Virus record (IMG/VR): IMGVR_UViG_3300045988_128894
Span: 24,731 to 88,730 of that record
Direction: 5' to 3' (one strand)
DNA length: 64,000 nt
DNA from: a virus
Positions 44,924 through 55,113 of the stretch are shown in pieces. The stretch's first letter is position 1, and each line of letters begins with the position of its first letter. Under the pieces are notes generated by a model. That model did not search any database. It saw only the letters and a program-made list of their open reading frames with translations, and was not told the DNA's origin. The position numbers and the translations under genes were made by a program.

Positions 44924-46255
44924 ATGACAGATAAGGAACTCATAGGTAAGCTTGATGCAATGGTTAAGGCATTGCAAAAAGCAAAGAAGAAGACGGACAA
45001 GACCCGCATTTTGCTGGATGCACGAAAAGATTTTGGAGATGAGGCTGACGAGCTGATGGCATTCTTCCGATTCCTGCTTGACCCGGCGATTGTGACTGGC
45101 CTGTCTGATGCAAAAATCAATAAGAAGGTAACTGCAAAGCCGGATATCGAAATTCAATATCTCAGCTGTGGATACCTTTATATTATGGGCGCTGGGCACA
45201 ATACCGGCTCTGATGCATCCATCGCAACAATCCAGAATTATTTACATAAAAATCATGAATACGAAGAGTTTCTGAAGCGACTGTTCACTAAGAACTTGCC
45301 GATTGGAGTCGAGGCAGCGACCATCAATAAAGTGTACGGCGAAGAGATTATTCCAGTCTGGGAGGTCCAGCAGGGATATCCGATTGATAAGGTAAAGCTG
45401 AAGGATGGCATTTGGTTCAGTTTGAGCCAGAAGATGAATGGCAATAGGGGGACTCTATATCGTGGAGATTTAATTTCTCGTCAGGCACAGAAATTTGAAG
45501 GTCTTGACCATATTAAGAATGACCTGCTCTCTTTGTATGATGGCGATGCGACGAGGCGAGATTCTTTGGTATTTGACGGAGAACTTATCTACAAGAATCC
45601 CGAAGGAATGTCGGACGGAGAGGCGTTTCGTTTCGGAACTGGCCTACTTAATTCTGACAACAAGGACAAGACTGAAATCAAATTTGTGATTTTTGATGTG
45701 ATTCCTGTTGTAGAGTTCGACCGTGGGAAATGCGCGGTTCCGTATCGGACGCGCCGTGAATGGTTAAATTGTCTTCGCGCAGAGATTACTCGCAAGAACC
45801 TTGAAAACATCGAAATTGTTCCAATGGTATATGAAGGTACTGACCAGAGTGTGATCCCGAAGTGGCTTGATTATGCTGTCGAACACGATTGGGAAGGTCT
45901 TATGTTGAACACGGACATCCCTTATCGTCGGGCTCGTCACAACGGATGTCTCAAAATTAAGCGTTTTTACACTGTTGATCTACGAATCACAGCGATTGAA
46001 GAAGGTCAGAACCGTCTGGCTGGTACGATGGGCGCTCTGGTTGTTGATTACAAAGGTAACGAGATTCGTGTTGGTTCCGGTTTTGATGATGCTACGAGAG
46101 CTGCTGTGTGGGCAAATCCTGATAATTACATCGGCAAGATTGTGGAGTGTAAATATAAAGAGGTCACGATGGATAAAAAGACCGGCCTTGAGTCTCTGCA
46201 ATTCCCGACGTTTGTAAGATTTAGAGATGACAAGAACGAGGTGTCTTATGGCTGA
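44924..46255 (+). CDS. ATP-dependent DNA ligase
   Basis: motif I KMNGNRG (KxDG-type), motif III FDGELIY, IIIa FVIFDV, IV EGLMLN, V LKIKRF; 443 aa. Confidence 0.7.
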   Translation: MTDKELIGKLDAMVKALQKAKKKTDKTRILLDARKDFGDEADELMAFFRFLLDPAIVTGLSDAKINKKVTAKPDIEIQYLSCGYLYIMGAGHNTGSDASIATIQNYLHKNHEYEEFLKRLFTKNLPIGVEAATINKVYGEEIIPVWEVQQGYPIDKVKLKDGIWFSLSQKMNGNRGTLYRGDLISRQAQKFEGLDHIKNDLLSLYDGDATRRDSLVFDGELIYKNPEGMSDGEAFRFGTGLLNSDNKDKTEIKFVIFDVIPVVEFDRGKCAVPYRTRREWLNCLRAEITRKNLENIEIVPMVYEGTDQSVIPKWLDYAVEHDWEGLMLNTDIPYRRARHNGCLKIKRFYTVDLRITAIEEGQNRLAGTMGALVVDYKGNEIRVGSGFDDATRAAVWANPDNYIGKIVECKYKEVTMDKKTGLESLQFPTFVRFRDDKNEVSYG

Positions 46256-46544
46256 TGTTAGGTTGATTGACGCAAATGCTTTGCTTGACCGAAATAATTG
46301 GACAATCAAGCAATACAGTGAAAAAGAAGCCGATGCTTGGCGAGACGGTATCGCTCTCATGAAGAAAAATATTGAAAACGCTCCGACAATTGACGCGGAA
46401 TCTATGCGGCCTAGAGGATATTGGATTCGGCGTAAAGATAGATACGATGGGGCATGGGGTTGCTCAATCTGTGGGAATACTGTAGGACCAGTCATAGCCC
46501 TATGTTCAAAATACTGTCTAAATTGCGGAGCAAAAATGAGGTAA
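46249..46544 (+). CDS. hypothetical protein with C-terminal zinc ribbon
   Basis: GAGGTG RBS before ATG 46249; CSICG...CLNCG. Confidence 0.45.
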
Positions 46545-46630
46545 ATATGCCTAAAAACAAGCTAAAAGATTCCTTTTATTGGATGGGTGGAAACGATAAG
46601 AATGAAGTAAGCTACGGCTAAGGAGCAGAT

Positions 46631-47014
46631 GTGAGAACTTATTATGCAGTGACCCAAGGTGAATATTCAGATTATCGGATTATTACTATCACTGAAGATA
46701 AAGAAAAAGCAGAAAGAATCGCTGCGGCCTACGATGGTTATGTTGAAGAGTACGATGATTGTATTATAAATCCGATTGGCGTTTGGAAGGTTTATCACTA
46801 CGAAAAAAATGGGGGTTGGATCGTATGCCATTCTGACAGAGACGTCGAAGATATTAAAGATGGGGAGTGGAAACCGGATTATTTTGAGGACATTCTTTTC
46901 AATAAGGGTATGACATGGACTATTTATGTTACCGCTGAAAACAAAGAGCTTGCTCAAAAGATTGCTTATGATAAGTACGCCCAGTGGAAAGCTGAACGGG
47001 AGGGATTGGCATGA
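46631..47014 (+). CDS. hypothetical protein (GTG start)
   Basis: AAGGAG RBS. Confidence 0.5.
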   Translation: MRTYYAVTQGEYSDYRIITITEDKEKAERIAAAYDGYVEEYDDCIINPIGVWKVYHYEKNGGWIVCHSDRDVEDIKDGEWKPDYFEDILFNKGMTWTIYVTAENKELAQKIAYDKYAQWKAEREGLA

Positions 47015-47283
47015 ATCTTTCTAAGAAGTCCATTAAGCACATTCTTCGGATTCTTGATAATAAATGTATCGAAGTTCCTACAAAGACATCTGCTTATAGC
47101 AGCGGTGGACGTAGAATTTTGACTCGTGATTTTGAGCCAAAAGAGCCACACGGAATGGATGGCTGGCAACGAATCGTCTATGTACCATCCGAAGGATATT
47201 TCTACGGAATTTATAACGGAAAATCGGAAGAAGATTGGGAGATTCCAGATATCTGGTCTCCTGCACAGCTTGCTGATTTGTGA
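47011..47283 (+). CDS. hypothetical protein
   Basis: ATGA overlap. Confidence 0.5.
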   Translation: MNLSKKSIKHILRILDNKCIEVPTKTSAYSSGGRRILTRDFEPKEPHGMDGWQRIVYVPSEGYFYGIYNGKSEEDWEIPDIWSPAQLADL

Positions 47284-47291
47284 GGTGTAAA

Positions 47292-47507
47292 ATGCTACTT
47301 TTAACGCAAGGTGGAGAAATTATAAATCTTGACCGCATGGCAATCATTGATGCCGCGAACCTTAATGTTTACGCAAGGCAAGGTATGGGAGAACGCGGAA
47401 TTGTTCTTGGTAGTTATAATACTGCGTCAAGATGCTACGAGATTATCGGAAACATTTTTGACGACTATTGTTGTGATGAGAGGATTTTTAAAATGCCGGA
47501 GGAATAA
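47292..47507 (+). CDS. hypothetical protein
   Basis: GAGGTG RBS before ATG 47292. Confidence 0.45.
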   Translation: MLLLTQGGEIINLDRMAIIDAANLNVYARQGMGERGIVLGSYNTASRCYEIIGNIFDDYCCDERIFKMPEE

Positions 47508-47747
47508 ATGAACGACTTCCGAAAACTAGCCATCCCAAAGAAAGAACGACTTGAAGTTCAACTTATGGATGGTACAGAAGAACACAATATCATTTACGTG
47601 ATTACATCTCTAGCCACTATTAAAGGTGCTGAGATTTTTAAAAATTTTCGTTTGTATTCTGTAGGCTCCGCCGGGGAGCTCAACTTATTAGAGAAGCGAG
47701 ACGGCGATCCCTACTTTGATAAGCTGAAAGGAACAGAATATGAGTAA
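47508..47747 (+). CDS. hypothetical protein
   Basis: TAAATG overlap. Confidence 0.5.
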   Translation: MNDFRKLAIPKKERLEVQLMDGTEEHNIIYVITSLATIKGAEIFKNFRLYSVGSAGELNLLEKRDGDPYFDKLKGTEYE

Positions 47748-48087
47748 TTCGATGAATCGAGAAGACCGGCGCAGAGAGCAGCGTAAAGCACGAATCCTTG
47801 CCAGGCGAATCAAGAAGGCTGGTGGGCCCGATTTTCTTGCTGGAATGCCAGTTGAAGAGTGGGAACCAAAGATTGGTGATGAGGTCACTATTAAGGTAAA
47901 GAGGATTCAGGGTAAGAAAGATTTCTTTAAGATGAGTCCTCAGTATCAGGACTTTATCAATAGCCTTGAAGACAGAAAGCCTTACAAAATCACCAGTACC
48001 GGTATGAAGGGTCAGGTTTACGGCATTGACGCACATCCTTATTTTCAGATTTGGAAGGGTGATATGGAACCCTACAAGGAGCTCTAA
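47740..48087 (+). CDS. hypothetical basic protein
   Basis: overlapping start. Confidence 0.5.
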   Translation: MSNSMNREDRRREQRKARILARRIKKAGGPDFLAGMPVEEWEPKIGDEVTIKVKRIQGKKDFFKMSPQYQDFINSLEDRKPYKITSTGMKGQVYGIDAHPYFQIWKGDMEPYKEL

Positions 48088-48335
48088 TGAGGATGTACTT
48101 CAGAACGGACTATAAAGAGTGGGGCCCGGCAGAAGCCACTTTGCAGAAAGGACACTGGTATAAGGTTCTTTGTGATGCTGGCGACTTCTACATAATTGAC
48201 AACAGACCAGAAAGTAACAAGTGCGGTCTGCGGCTAGGAGAAATATCGTTTGTTGATAAAGAAGATCTCGAAGATGACATCTATGTCGTGACCGGAAAGA
48301 GTGAAGAATTTGAGGAAGGAGGTGGGGCGATATGA
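48087..48335 (+). CDS. hypothetical protein
   Basis: TAATG overlap. Confidence 0.5.
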   Translation: MRMYFRTDYKEWGPAEATLQKGHWYKVLCDAGDFYIIDNRPESNKCGLRLGEISFVDKEDLEDDIYVVTGKSEEFEEGGGAI

Positions 48336-48535
48336 TTGGTATTGACCATCGTGAGCAGGGTCGTAAGGAACGAGCCCTTGCAGAGTATTATAGAATCTTA
48401 GCTCGATATCCCACTGAATGTGGAGATCCGATTACATATCAGTTGTCAGAAGAGCAGCTTAAACAGGTTCTCTGTGGAGAGGTTACTGTGGATGAGTTGA
48501 TTGAAAGAGGTGAGGTAAATGAGAGACAGGATTAA
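48332..48535 (+). CDS. hypothetical protein
   Basis: ATGA overlap. Confidence 0.45.
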   Translation: MIGIDHREQGRKERALAEYYRILARYPTECGDPITYQLSEEQLKQVLCGEVTVDELIERGEVNERQD

Positions 48536-48683
48536 GATGTGGATCGCTTTCATTAAGATTTTTAAGGATTATCTTATTGCGGTCGGAATCATGATTGCGT
48601 TGTGGCTATTATCTTGTCTTATCAAATATTGGATTTCAGTATCAAGCTTCCCAGATTGGTTTAAGTTTGCACTTCTAAAGTAA
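48519..48683 (+). CDS. small hydrophobic (membrane) peptide, 54 aa
   Basis: GAGGTGAGG RBS; IAVGIMIALWLLSCLI hydrophobic segment. Confidence 0.35.
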   Translation: MRDRIKMWIAFIKIFKDYLIAVGIMIALWLLSCLIKYWISVSSFPDWFKFALLK

Positions 48684-48694
48684 AGGAGGATTAA

Positions 48695-48919
48695 ATGGTA
48701 ACCGATATTCTTAATAGAGAAATTCATATTGGCGACACAGTTCTTAGAGCTAGAACTCGAAAAGGTCGCGGAGTTCTTTGGAGCATTCATAAAGTTGTCT
48801 CCATTATGAACGTAATGATTAAAGTTCAAGATGGAAAGTACACTTTAAATGTCGCACCTAAAAATTGCATCGTAATTGGTGAGAACGACATTCCTGAAAA
48901 CTGGCAGGACGAATATTAA
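48695..48919 (+). CDS. hypothetical protein
   Basis: AAAGGAGG RBS. Confidence 0.5.
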   Translation: MVTDILNREIHIGDTVLRARTRKGRGVLWSIHKVVSIMNVMIKVQDGKYTLNVAPKNCIVIGENDIPENWQDEY

Positions 48920-48929
48920 GGAGAGTTGA

Positions 48930-49646
48930 ATGACTGTTGATTTGATTGCGTACACACAGCGAGTTGTTCCTACAAATGATAAGAATCCTTTAGATATTGT
49001 AGAGGAAGCTGCGAGTATTTGTTATGATTCTTCAATGACTGACGATTATAAGATTGCTAAGGGATGTAAGGCCAGCGGTCATTATTCTGTGCTTGAACAC
49101 ATCAACTTTACGTTCTATGTCAAAGATGTGAGTCGCGCACTTCTGGCACAGATTAGTCGTCATCGACATATTAGCATGAGCTGCCGCAGCCAGCGTTATT
49201 GCAGCGAGGATGGATTCAAGTATGTAAATCCGTTTACCGGTGAAGATGCTGATGTTTTCGATAATATGATGTCGGACATTGATACCGATTATCAGATTCT
49301 CAAGAAGTATCATAATGCCAAAAACGAAGACGCTCGTGCAGTTCTGCCAAATGCTTGCTGTACAGAATTCTACATCACGATGAACGCTCGTGCTTTGATT
49401 GAGATGAGTCATCTTCGACTTTGTTCTAGGGCTCAAAAAGAAATCCGCGAGATGTTCACAGAAATGAAGAAGGAAGTTGCACAGGTTTGTCCTGAAGTAG
49501 CAAACTGGATGGTTCCTTCCTGTGAGGCTAATCCGAAGTATCCGTTCTGTCCAGAAGGTCGTGGCTGCTGTGGCCGTCATCCTCGGTTGGCAGATGTTTA
49601 TAAGCCTATTGAAAAAAACAAGGAGGTTATTGATGCAAACACTTGA
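48930..49646 (+). CDS. thyX: flavin-dependent thymidylate synthase ThyX
   Basis: ThyX signature RHRHISMSCRSQRY (RHRxxSxxxxSxRY). Confidence 0.85.
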   Translation: MTVDLIAYTQRVVPTNDKNPLDIVEEAASICYDSSMTDDYKIAKGCKASGHYSVLEHINFTFYVKDVSRALLAQISRHRHISMSCRSQRYCSEDGFKYVNPFTGEDADVFDNMMSDIDTDYQILKKYHNAKNEDARAVLPNACCTEFYITMNARALIEMSHLRLCSRAQKEIREMFTEMKKEVAQVCPEVANWMVPSCEANPKYPFCPEGRGCCGRHPRLADVYKPIEKNKEVIDANT

Positions 49647-50073
49647 CGAAATCAAGAAGAACGTCGAGCACCCGTCTTATTACGGCGGTGCAGACAATCC
49701 CTATGAGGCAATCAAAGTGCTACGGGAGTGGCAGTTAGACAAGGATGCTTATCTTTGGAATGTTGGTAAGTATCTGAGCCGGGCAGGTCACAAAGATGGC
49801 AATTCTCAGCTTCAAGATTTGACGAAGGCACGTTGGTATTTGGACTATAAAATCCGGCTTTTAGAGGAACAGCAGAAGGTTGCTGAAAGTGTCGTAGATA
49901 CGCTCAAGAAAGTCCCTAACGAGGTAACTGATAAGCTGACTACGATGTCGGATTACATTCCTCGTCATGCAAAGCCCGACTATACGGATGATTTGGTTTT
50001 CTGTCCAGAAATCCATGCTCCAAACATCGAAACTGCCGTGGTCCCTGATTGTGCCGATGAGGTCAAGTTTTAA
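49633..50073 (+). CDS. DUF3310-like phage protein
   Basis: HPSYYGG..NPYEAIKV...WNVGKYLSRAG motif pattern; overlaps thyX end. Confidence 0.5.
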   Translation: MQTLDEIKKNVEHPSYYGGADNPYEAIKVLREWQLDKDAYLWNVGKYLSRAGHKDGNSQLQDLTKARWYLDYKIRLLEEQQKVAESVVDTLKKVPNEVTDKLTTMSDYIPRHAKPDYTDDLVFCPEIHAPNIETAVVPDCADEVKF

Positions 50074-50198
50074 GAGGTTTACATAAATGAGAATGAGATA
50101 CAACTGGGAAGAACCATTTGCGGCATTTGCCCTGTTTGTTACAATGTTGATTTTTGGCTTTGCCAAATTTGTTTTAAGATAATCAAGGAGAAAAATAC

Positions 50199-51722
50199 AT
50201 GAATATGATGTTTATTGCAATTCCTGTCGTTGTTGTCTTTCTGATCGCCTTTGCATTTACTTGCTATAAGAAGGCTCCTCCTACTCAGGCAATCGTCGTA
50301 ACAGGTTTTGGACTGTCTAAGCCGAAAGTTATCTGTGGTCGTGGCGTGTTCGTCCTTCCGGTTATTCAGCGAGCTGACCGTCTGAATATGCGATTGCTCA
50401 AGATTGATGTCAAGACTCCTGAAACCGGTGTAAAGACTAAAGAGGGTGTTTCTCTGTGGCTGGACTCTGTTGTTACTGTTCAGGTTTACTCTGAGAACTC
50501 TACTGTAACTGATGATGAGATTAAGAGTGCCGGTTGTGAGGATGCAAAGACTTATATTAGTGCTCGTCAGCAGGCTGCTATTTCCAACTTCCTTGGCATG
50601 AGTGAAGATGGCATTAACGAAAAGATCAACGATGTCCTTCAGGGCAATCTGCGAGAGATTGTTTCTGAGATGACTGTCAATGATATCCTGACCAATCGTA
50701 AACAGATGGCAATTTCCGTTGTTGAGAATGCTCGTCCTGATTTAGCAAAGATGGGTCTGGAAGTTGTTACTTTCAATGTTCAGGATATTAAGGATGCTAT
50801 TGATGCTCAGGGTCATAATCATGGTGTCATTGAGGCAATTGGTGTTCAGCAGGAAGAGCTGGTGAAGAAACAGGCAGAGATTGCTAAGGCCGAAGCCGCT
50901 CGTGATATTGCTCGTGCTAAGGCGGATACTGCTCGTGAATCAAATGAAAAGGAAATTGAATCCAAGACCGCTATTGCACAGCGCAACAATGAGTATCTTC
51001 TGACTCAGGCCGCTCTGAAGGCGGAGGCTGATAAGGCAAATGCTGATGCAGAAGCTGCTGGTGAGATTCAAATGAATCTGCGTGATAAGGAAATTAAGGA
51101 AGCTGAAGCTGACGCAGCTATTGCAAAGCAGAAGAAGATGGTTGAGTTGGCCGCTCAGGAAGCAGAAGTTCGTCAGCAAAAGCTGGATGCGGAGATTCGC
51201 AAGCAGGCAGACGCCGACCTGTATAAGCGTCAGAAGGAAGCTGAAGCAAAGAAGTACGAAGCAGAGCGTTCTGCAGAATCCGCAAAGTTCGCTAAGGAAC
51301 AGGAGGCAGAAGGCATCCGTATGGTTGGCATGGCGGAAGCTGAGGCCATCAGGCAGAAGGGTCTTGCTGAAGCAGAAGCTATGCTGAAGAAGGCCGAAGC
51401 TTACAAGCAGTACAATGGTGCGGCTATGGGTGAAATGATCATTAAGATTCTTCCTAGCATTGCAGCTGAGGTTGCAAAGCCGCTGGCGTCCATTGACAAG
51501 GTTTCCATCATTGGCAGTAACGCAAATGGTGTTTCTGAGATTTCCGGCAATGTCCCAGCAGTCATGGCTCAGACTTTTGAGGCCGTTCGTGAAGCAACTG
51601 GCATTGATATGAAGGAAATTGTCCGTGCCAACAGTTACGATGCAAAGGTCACTAAGAATGTGAACCTTGTAAGCGATTCGACGATTGTTTCTGAAAAGAA
51701 CGATGCGCAGGATGCTGAGTAA
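50199..51722 (+). CDS. SPFH/band-7 (flotillin-like) membrane protein with long A/E/K-rich coiled coil
   Basis: N-terminal TM helix, SPFH core (PVIQRADRLNMRLLKIDV...), C-terminal AEAEA repeats. Confidence 0.7.
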   Translation: MNMMFIAIPVVVVFLIAFAFTCYKKAPPTQAIVVTGFGLSKPKVICGRGVFVLPVIQRADRLNMRLLKIDVKTPETGVKTKEGVSLWLDSVVTVQVYSENSTVTDDEIKSAGCEDAKTYISARQQAAISNFLGMSEDGINEKINDVLQGNLREIVSEMTVNDILTNRKQMAISVVENARPDLAKMGLEVVTFNVQDIKDAIDAQGHNHGVIEAIGVQQEELVKKQAEIAKAEAARDIARAKADTARESNEKEIESKTAIAQRNNEYLLTQAALKAEADKANADAEAAGEIQMNLRDKEIKEAEADAAIAKQKKMVELAAQEAEVRQQKLDAEIRKQADADLYKRQKEAEAKKYEAERSAESAKFAKEQEAEGIRMVGMAEAEAIRQKGLAEAEAMLKKAEAYKQYNGAAMGEMIIKILPSIAAEVAKPLASIDKVSIIGSNANGVSEISGNVPAVMAQTFEAVREATGIDMKEIVRANSYDAKVTKNVNLVSDSTIVSEKNDAQDAE

Positions 51723-51733
51723 GAGGTGATTAC

Positions 51734-53935
51734 ATGGAATATGTGATTAAACGCGATGGAACGGAAGTCCCTTTTGATAAAAGTAAGATTGTGAATGCAG
51801 TCGAGAAGGCGATGACCTGTACACCGGGTAGTATCGACGCTCGTGTGTCGAATGCGATTGCTGACTATATCGCAGACATGCCGGGCATTCTTTCTGTTGA
51901 GCAGATTCAGGATATCGTAGTGGACAGTCTAGCAAATAGCCCGTTTATTGACGTTGCAAATGCATATAGTCAGTGGCGGCAGTATCGTCAGGAAATTCGA
52001 GATAAAGAGAAAACCAACGCAAGTATTCTTGAAATTCTTGATGCCCAGAACGACGCAATCAATCAGGAAAACAGTAATAAGAACGCAACCATCAATAGCA
52101 CGCAACGTGATTACATGGCCGGAGAGGTATCTAAGGAACTAACTGACAGACTTCTACTTCCAAAGGATATCCGAGATGCACACAAAAGTGGTTTAATTCA
52201 TGTGCATGATAAAGATTATTTTGTGATGCACTGCCATAATTGCGATCTGGTCAATCTTGAAGATATGCTCCAGAACGGCACCGTCATCTCCGGCACCTAT
52301 ATTGAAAAACCTCACAGCTTTTCCACCGCCTGCAACATTGCCACCCAGATCATTGCACAGGTAGCTTCGATGCAATTTGGAGGTCAGAGTATTACACTTT
52401 CACATCTGGCTCCATTCGTAGATGTTTCCCGCAAGAAGATCACAAGTGAAGTACACCAAGAATTTTACGAGATGGTTCAGAATAATGAAATCGATAAGAT
52501 GCCGGAGTCTGAAACTATCAATCGAATTGTAGAAGATCGTTTACATAAAGAAATTGCTCGTGGCGTGCAGACCATCCAGTATCAGGTTGTCACTTTGATG
52601 ACGACAAACGGCCAGGCCCCTTTTATCACCGTGTTTATGTACCTCGATGAAGTTCCAGAAGGTCAAACTCGTGATGATTTGGCTCTAATTGTTGAAGAAG
52701 TGTTAAAACAGCGCATTCAGGGTGTAAAGAATGAAGTTGGTGTATGGGTCACTCCGGCCTTCCCAAAGCTCATTTATGCTCTTGATGAGGATAACATTCA
52801 TTCTGATTCTAAGTATTATTACCTGACTGAGCTGGCAGCTAAGTGTACTGCCAAGCGAATGGTTCCTGATTATATTTCCGCAAAGGTTATGAAGGAGCTT
52901 AAAGGCGGTGTGTGGCCTAGCATGGGCTGTAGATCCTTCCTTACTCCTGACCGCACCACTGAGAACGTAGCTAGTGCCAAGAATTGGGTTAAGGGGCATA
53001 AGTATTATGGCCGCTTCAATCAGGGCGTCGTGACCATCAATCTGGTGGACGTGGCTTGCAGTTCAGAAGGGGACAAGGATAAATTCTGGAAAATCTTCGA
53101 TGAACGACTCGAATTGTGTCATCGAGCTCTACAGATTCGTCACAAGCGTCTACTCGGCACTTCTTCTGATATGGCCCCTATCCTGTGGCAGTACGGTGCA
53201 TTAGCTCGTCTAAAGAAGGGCGAGAAGATCGACAAGTTGCTCTTCGGCGGCTACTCCACCATCAGCCTGGGTTATGCCGGTCTGTATGAGTGTGTGAAGT
53301 ATATGACCGGCAAGAGCCACACCGATCCTGATGCTAAACCTTTTGCTCTCGAAATTATGCGGCACATGAATGATAAGTGTAACGAGTGGAAGGCCGCTGA
53401 AAACATCGATTACTCTCTGTATGGTACTCCTTTGGAGTCCACTACATATGAATTTGCACGTTGCTTGCAGAAGCGGTTTGGTATGATTCCAGATATTACT
53501 GACCATGACTACGTAACAAATTCTTATCATGTCGTTGTCCGTGAACATATCGATGCTTTCACTAAGCTAAAGTTTGAGAGCGAGTTCCAGAAGCTTTCTC
53601 CAGGAGGGGCGATTAGCTATATCGAGGTGCCAAATCTGCAGCAGAACATTCCTGCGGTGCTTAGTGTTATGCAGTTCATTTACGACAACATCATGTATGC
53701 GGAGCTGAACACCAAGTCCGACTACTGCCAGTGCTGCGGCTACGACGGCGAAATTAAAATTGTAGAAGATGAGAAAAACCACAAGCTTATATGGGAGTGC
53801 CCGAATTGTGGTAATCGTGACCAGAACAAAATGAATGTCGTAAGACGTACTTGTGGTTACCTGGGAACCAATTTTTGGAATCAGGGGCGCACTCAGGAAA
53901 TTCGAGATCGAGTGGTTCATTTGAGCGACAATTAA
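51734..53935 (+). CDS. nrdD: anaerobic ribonucleoside-triphosphate reductase NrdD (class III)
   Basis: N-terminal ATP-cone, C-terminal Zn ribbon CQCCG...CPNCG and glycyl-radical motif RTCGYLG. Confidence 0.9.
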   Translation: MEYVIKRDGTEVPFDKSKIVNAVEKAMTCTPGSIDARVSNAIADYIADMPGILSVEQIQDIVVDSLANSPFIDVANAYSQWRQYRQEIRDKEKTNASILEILDAQNDAINQENSNKNATINSTQRDYMAGEVSKELTDRLLLPKDIRDAHKSGLIHVHDKDYFVMHCHNCDLVNLEDMLQNGTVISGTYIEKPHSFSTACNIATQIIAQVASMQFGGQSITLSHLAPFVDVSRKKITSEVHQEFYEMVQNNEIDKMPESETINRIVEDRLHKEIARGVQTIQYQVVTLMTTNGQAPFITVFMYLDEVPEGQTRDDLALIVEEVLKQRIQGVKNEVGVWVTPAFPKLIYALDEDNIHSDSKYYYLTELAAKCTAKRMVPDYISAKVMKELKGGVWPSMGCRSFLTPDRTTENVASAKNWVKGHKYYGRFNQGVVTINLVDVACSSEGDKDKFWKIFDERLELCHRALQIRHKRLLGTSSDMAPILWQYGALARLKKGEKIDKLLFGGYSTISLGYAGLYECVKYMTGKSHTDPDAKPFALEIMRHMNDKCNEWKAAENIDYSLYGTPLESTTYEFARCLQKRFGMIPDITDHDYVTNSYHVVVREHIDAFTKLKFESEFQKLSPGGAISYIEVPNLQQNIPAVLSVMQFIYDNIMYAELNTKSDYCQCCGYDGEIKIVEDEKNHKLIWECPNCGNRDQNKMNVVRRTCGYLGTNFWNQGRTQEIRDRVVHLSDN

Positions 53936-54039
53936 ATAATGTATAAGCGGTGGGTTGGTGGGGTTATATAAAATGAAAATTTTAGCGTAAATGTGTTAAT
54001 AAAATATAACGTGTTATCGTTAGAAATAGAGGTGATAAA

Positions 54040-54258
54040 TTGAACGCATGGAAAAATTTCTTTAAGGCACTTGGTTTTTTTCTGGGAATCGTTCTGATTC
54101 TGGCAGCTACATATTTTACCTCGTGGATTATCACGATTGGTATTATTTGGCTGATTTTTAAGCTGCTGAATATCACTTTTACCGTTAAAGTGGCGACAGG
54201 CATCTGGCTGGCTCTAGTTTTTCTGGAACGATTCATTAAGGGTAGCCGAGGTAAGTAA
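54040..54258 (+). CDS. small membrane protein (TTG start)
   Basis: GAGGTG RBS; two hydrophobic helices. Confidence 0.45.
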   Translation: MNAWKNFFKALGFFLGIVLILAATYFTSWIITIGIIWLIFKLLNITFTVKVATGIWLALVFLERFIKGSRGK

Positions 54259-54297
54259 ATAAACAAGCAGGGTGGGTGTGGTGGCATGAAAACATGG

Positions 54298-54426
54298 ATG
54301 TGGAACGTATACGTCAGTTGATTCTCGAAATTATTCGAGTCATACAACAAGCGAACAATATTAGTCAAAATGAAATGGAAGATATTATTTCTGATGTTGA
54401 GTTTGATTTTTATAACGGTCGATAAA
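54298..54426 (+). CDS. hypothetical 42-aa protein
   Basis: short ORF in gap; weak RBS. Confidence 0.25.
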
Positions 54427-54439
54427 GAAAGGAGTCTTA

Positions 54440-54615
54440 TGGATTATTGGTCTGTTGAAGTAATGTACTACGATGATGGGAATCAGGCATTCAATACATA
54501 TATGGTAAAGGCGCAGGATCAGAATGATGCTATAAACAAGGCGCATTATCGCTTTGAAAAGGCTCATCCTAACATGAGCTGTATGATTCAGAGCATTGAA
54601 AAGGCAGGTGGCTGA
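54440..54615 (+). CDS. hypothetical protein
   Basis: AAAGGAG RBS before ATG 54440. Confidence 0.4.
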
Positions 54616-54616
54616 G

Positions 54617-54958
54617 ATGGACTTCAAATGTAAGTGTGGCAGTGAATCCTTCTTTATCCAGAGTAAAGGTAGCCAGATTGGTCTGTATTGCTCTGCTTGT
54701 GGTAAGTGGCAGAAATGGCTCACCAAGAATGAAGTGAAACAGTTTGAGTACGAGACGAATATGTTGGATTCGAAAGAAAACAATCCTGATGATGATTTTT
54801 ATAAAAAATTCGCCTTAACTCCATGGGGCTGCCTACACTGTGCTTTTAGAGATTTTGGACTAGATCTTCCTGAAATTCCTGGTAAGATGGCTGATGCCAT
54901 TATGGAAGATTTCTTCGAGACTATGGAAAGGGCTGATATTATTGAGAAGAAGGAGTAA
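54617..54958 (+). CDS. zinc-ribbon protein
   Basis: CKCG...CSACG; GGTGG RBS. Confidence 0.45.
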   Translation: MDFKCKCGSESFFIQSKGSQIGLYCSACGKWQKWLTKNEVKQFEYETNMLDSKENNPDDDFYKKFALTPWGCLHCAFRDFGLDLPEIPGKMADAIMEDFFETMERADIIEKKE

Positions 54959-54960
54959 AG

Positions 54961-55113
54961 ATGATTAAGTTCTTGAAACGTCTACTCCGTTGGTTCCTTC
55001 CAGAATGCAGTAGATGTGGTGGAATAATGCTTTATGATGACAACCACAGCTTGCACGATAAATGGCACTTTGTCTGTGATACCTGCGGTCGTGAAAAGTG
55101 GGGTAATTTATGA
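54961..55113 (+). CDS. small zinc-finger protein (50 aa)
   Basis: AAGGAG RBS; CSRCGG...CDTCG. Confidence 0.35.
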   Translation: MIKFLKRLLRWFLPECSRCGGIMLYDDNHSLHDKWHFVCDTCGREKWGNL

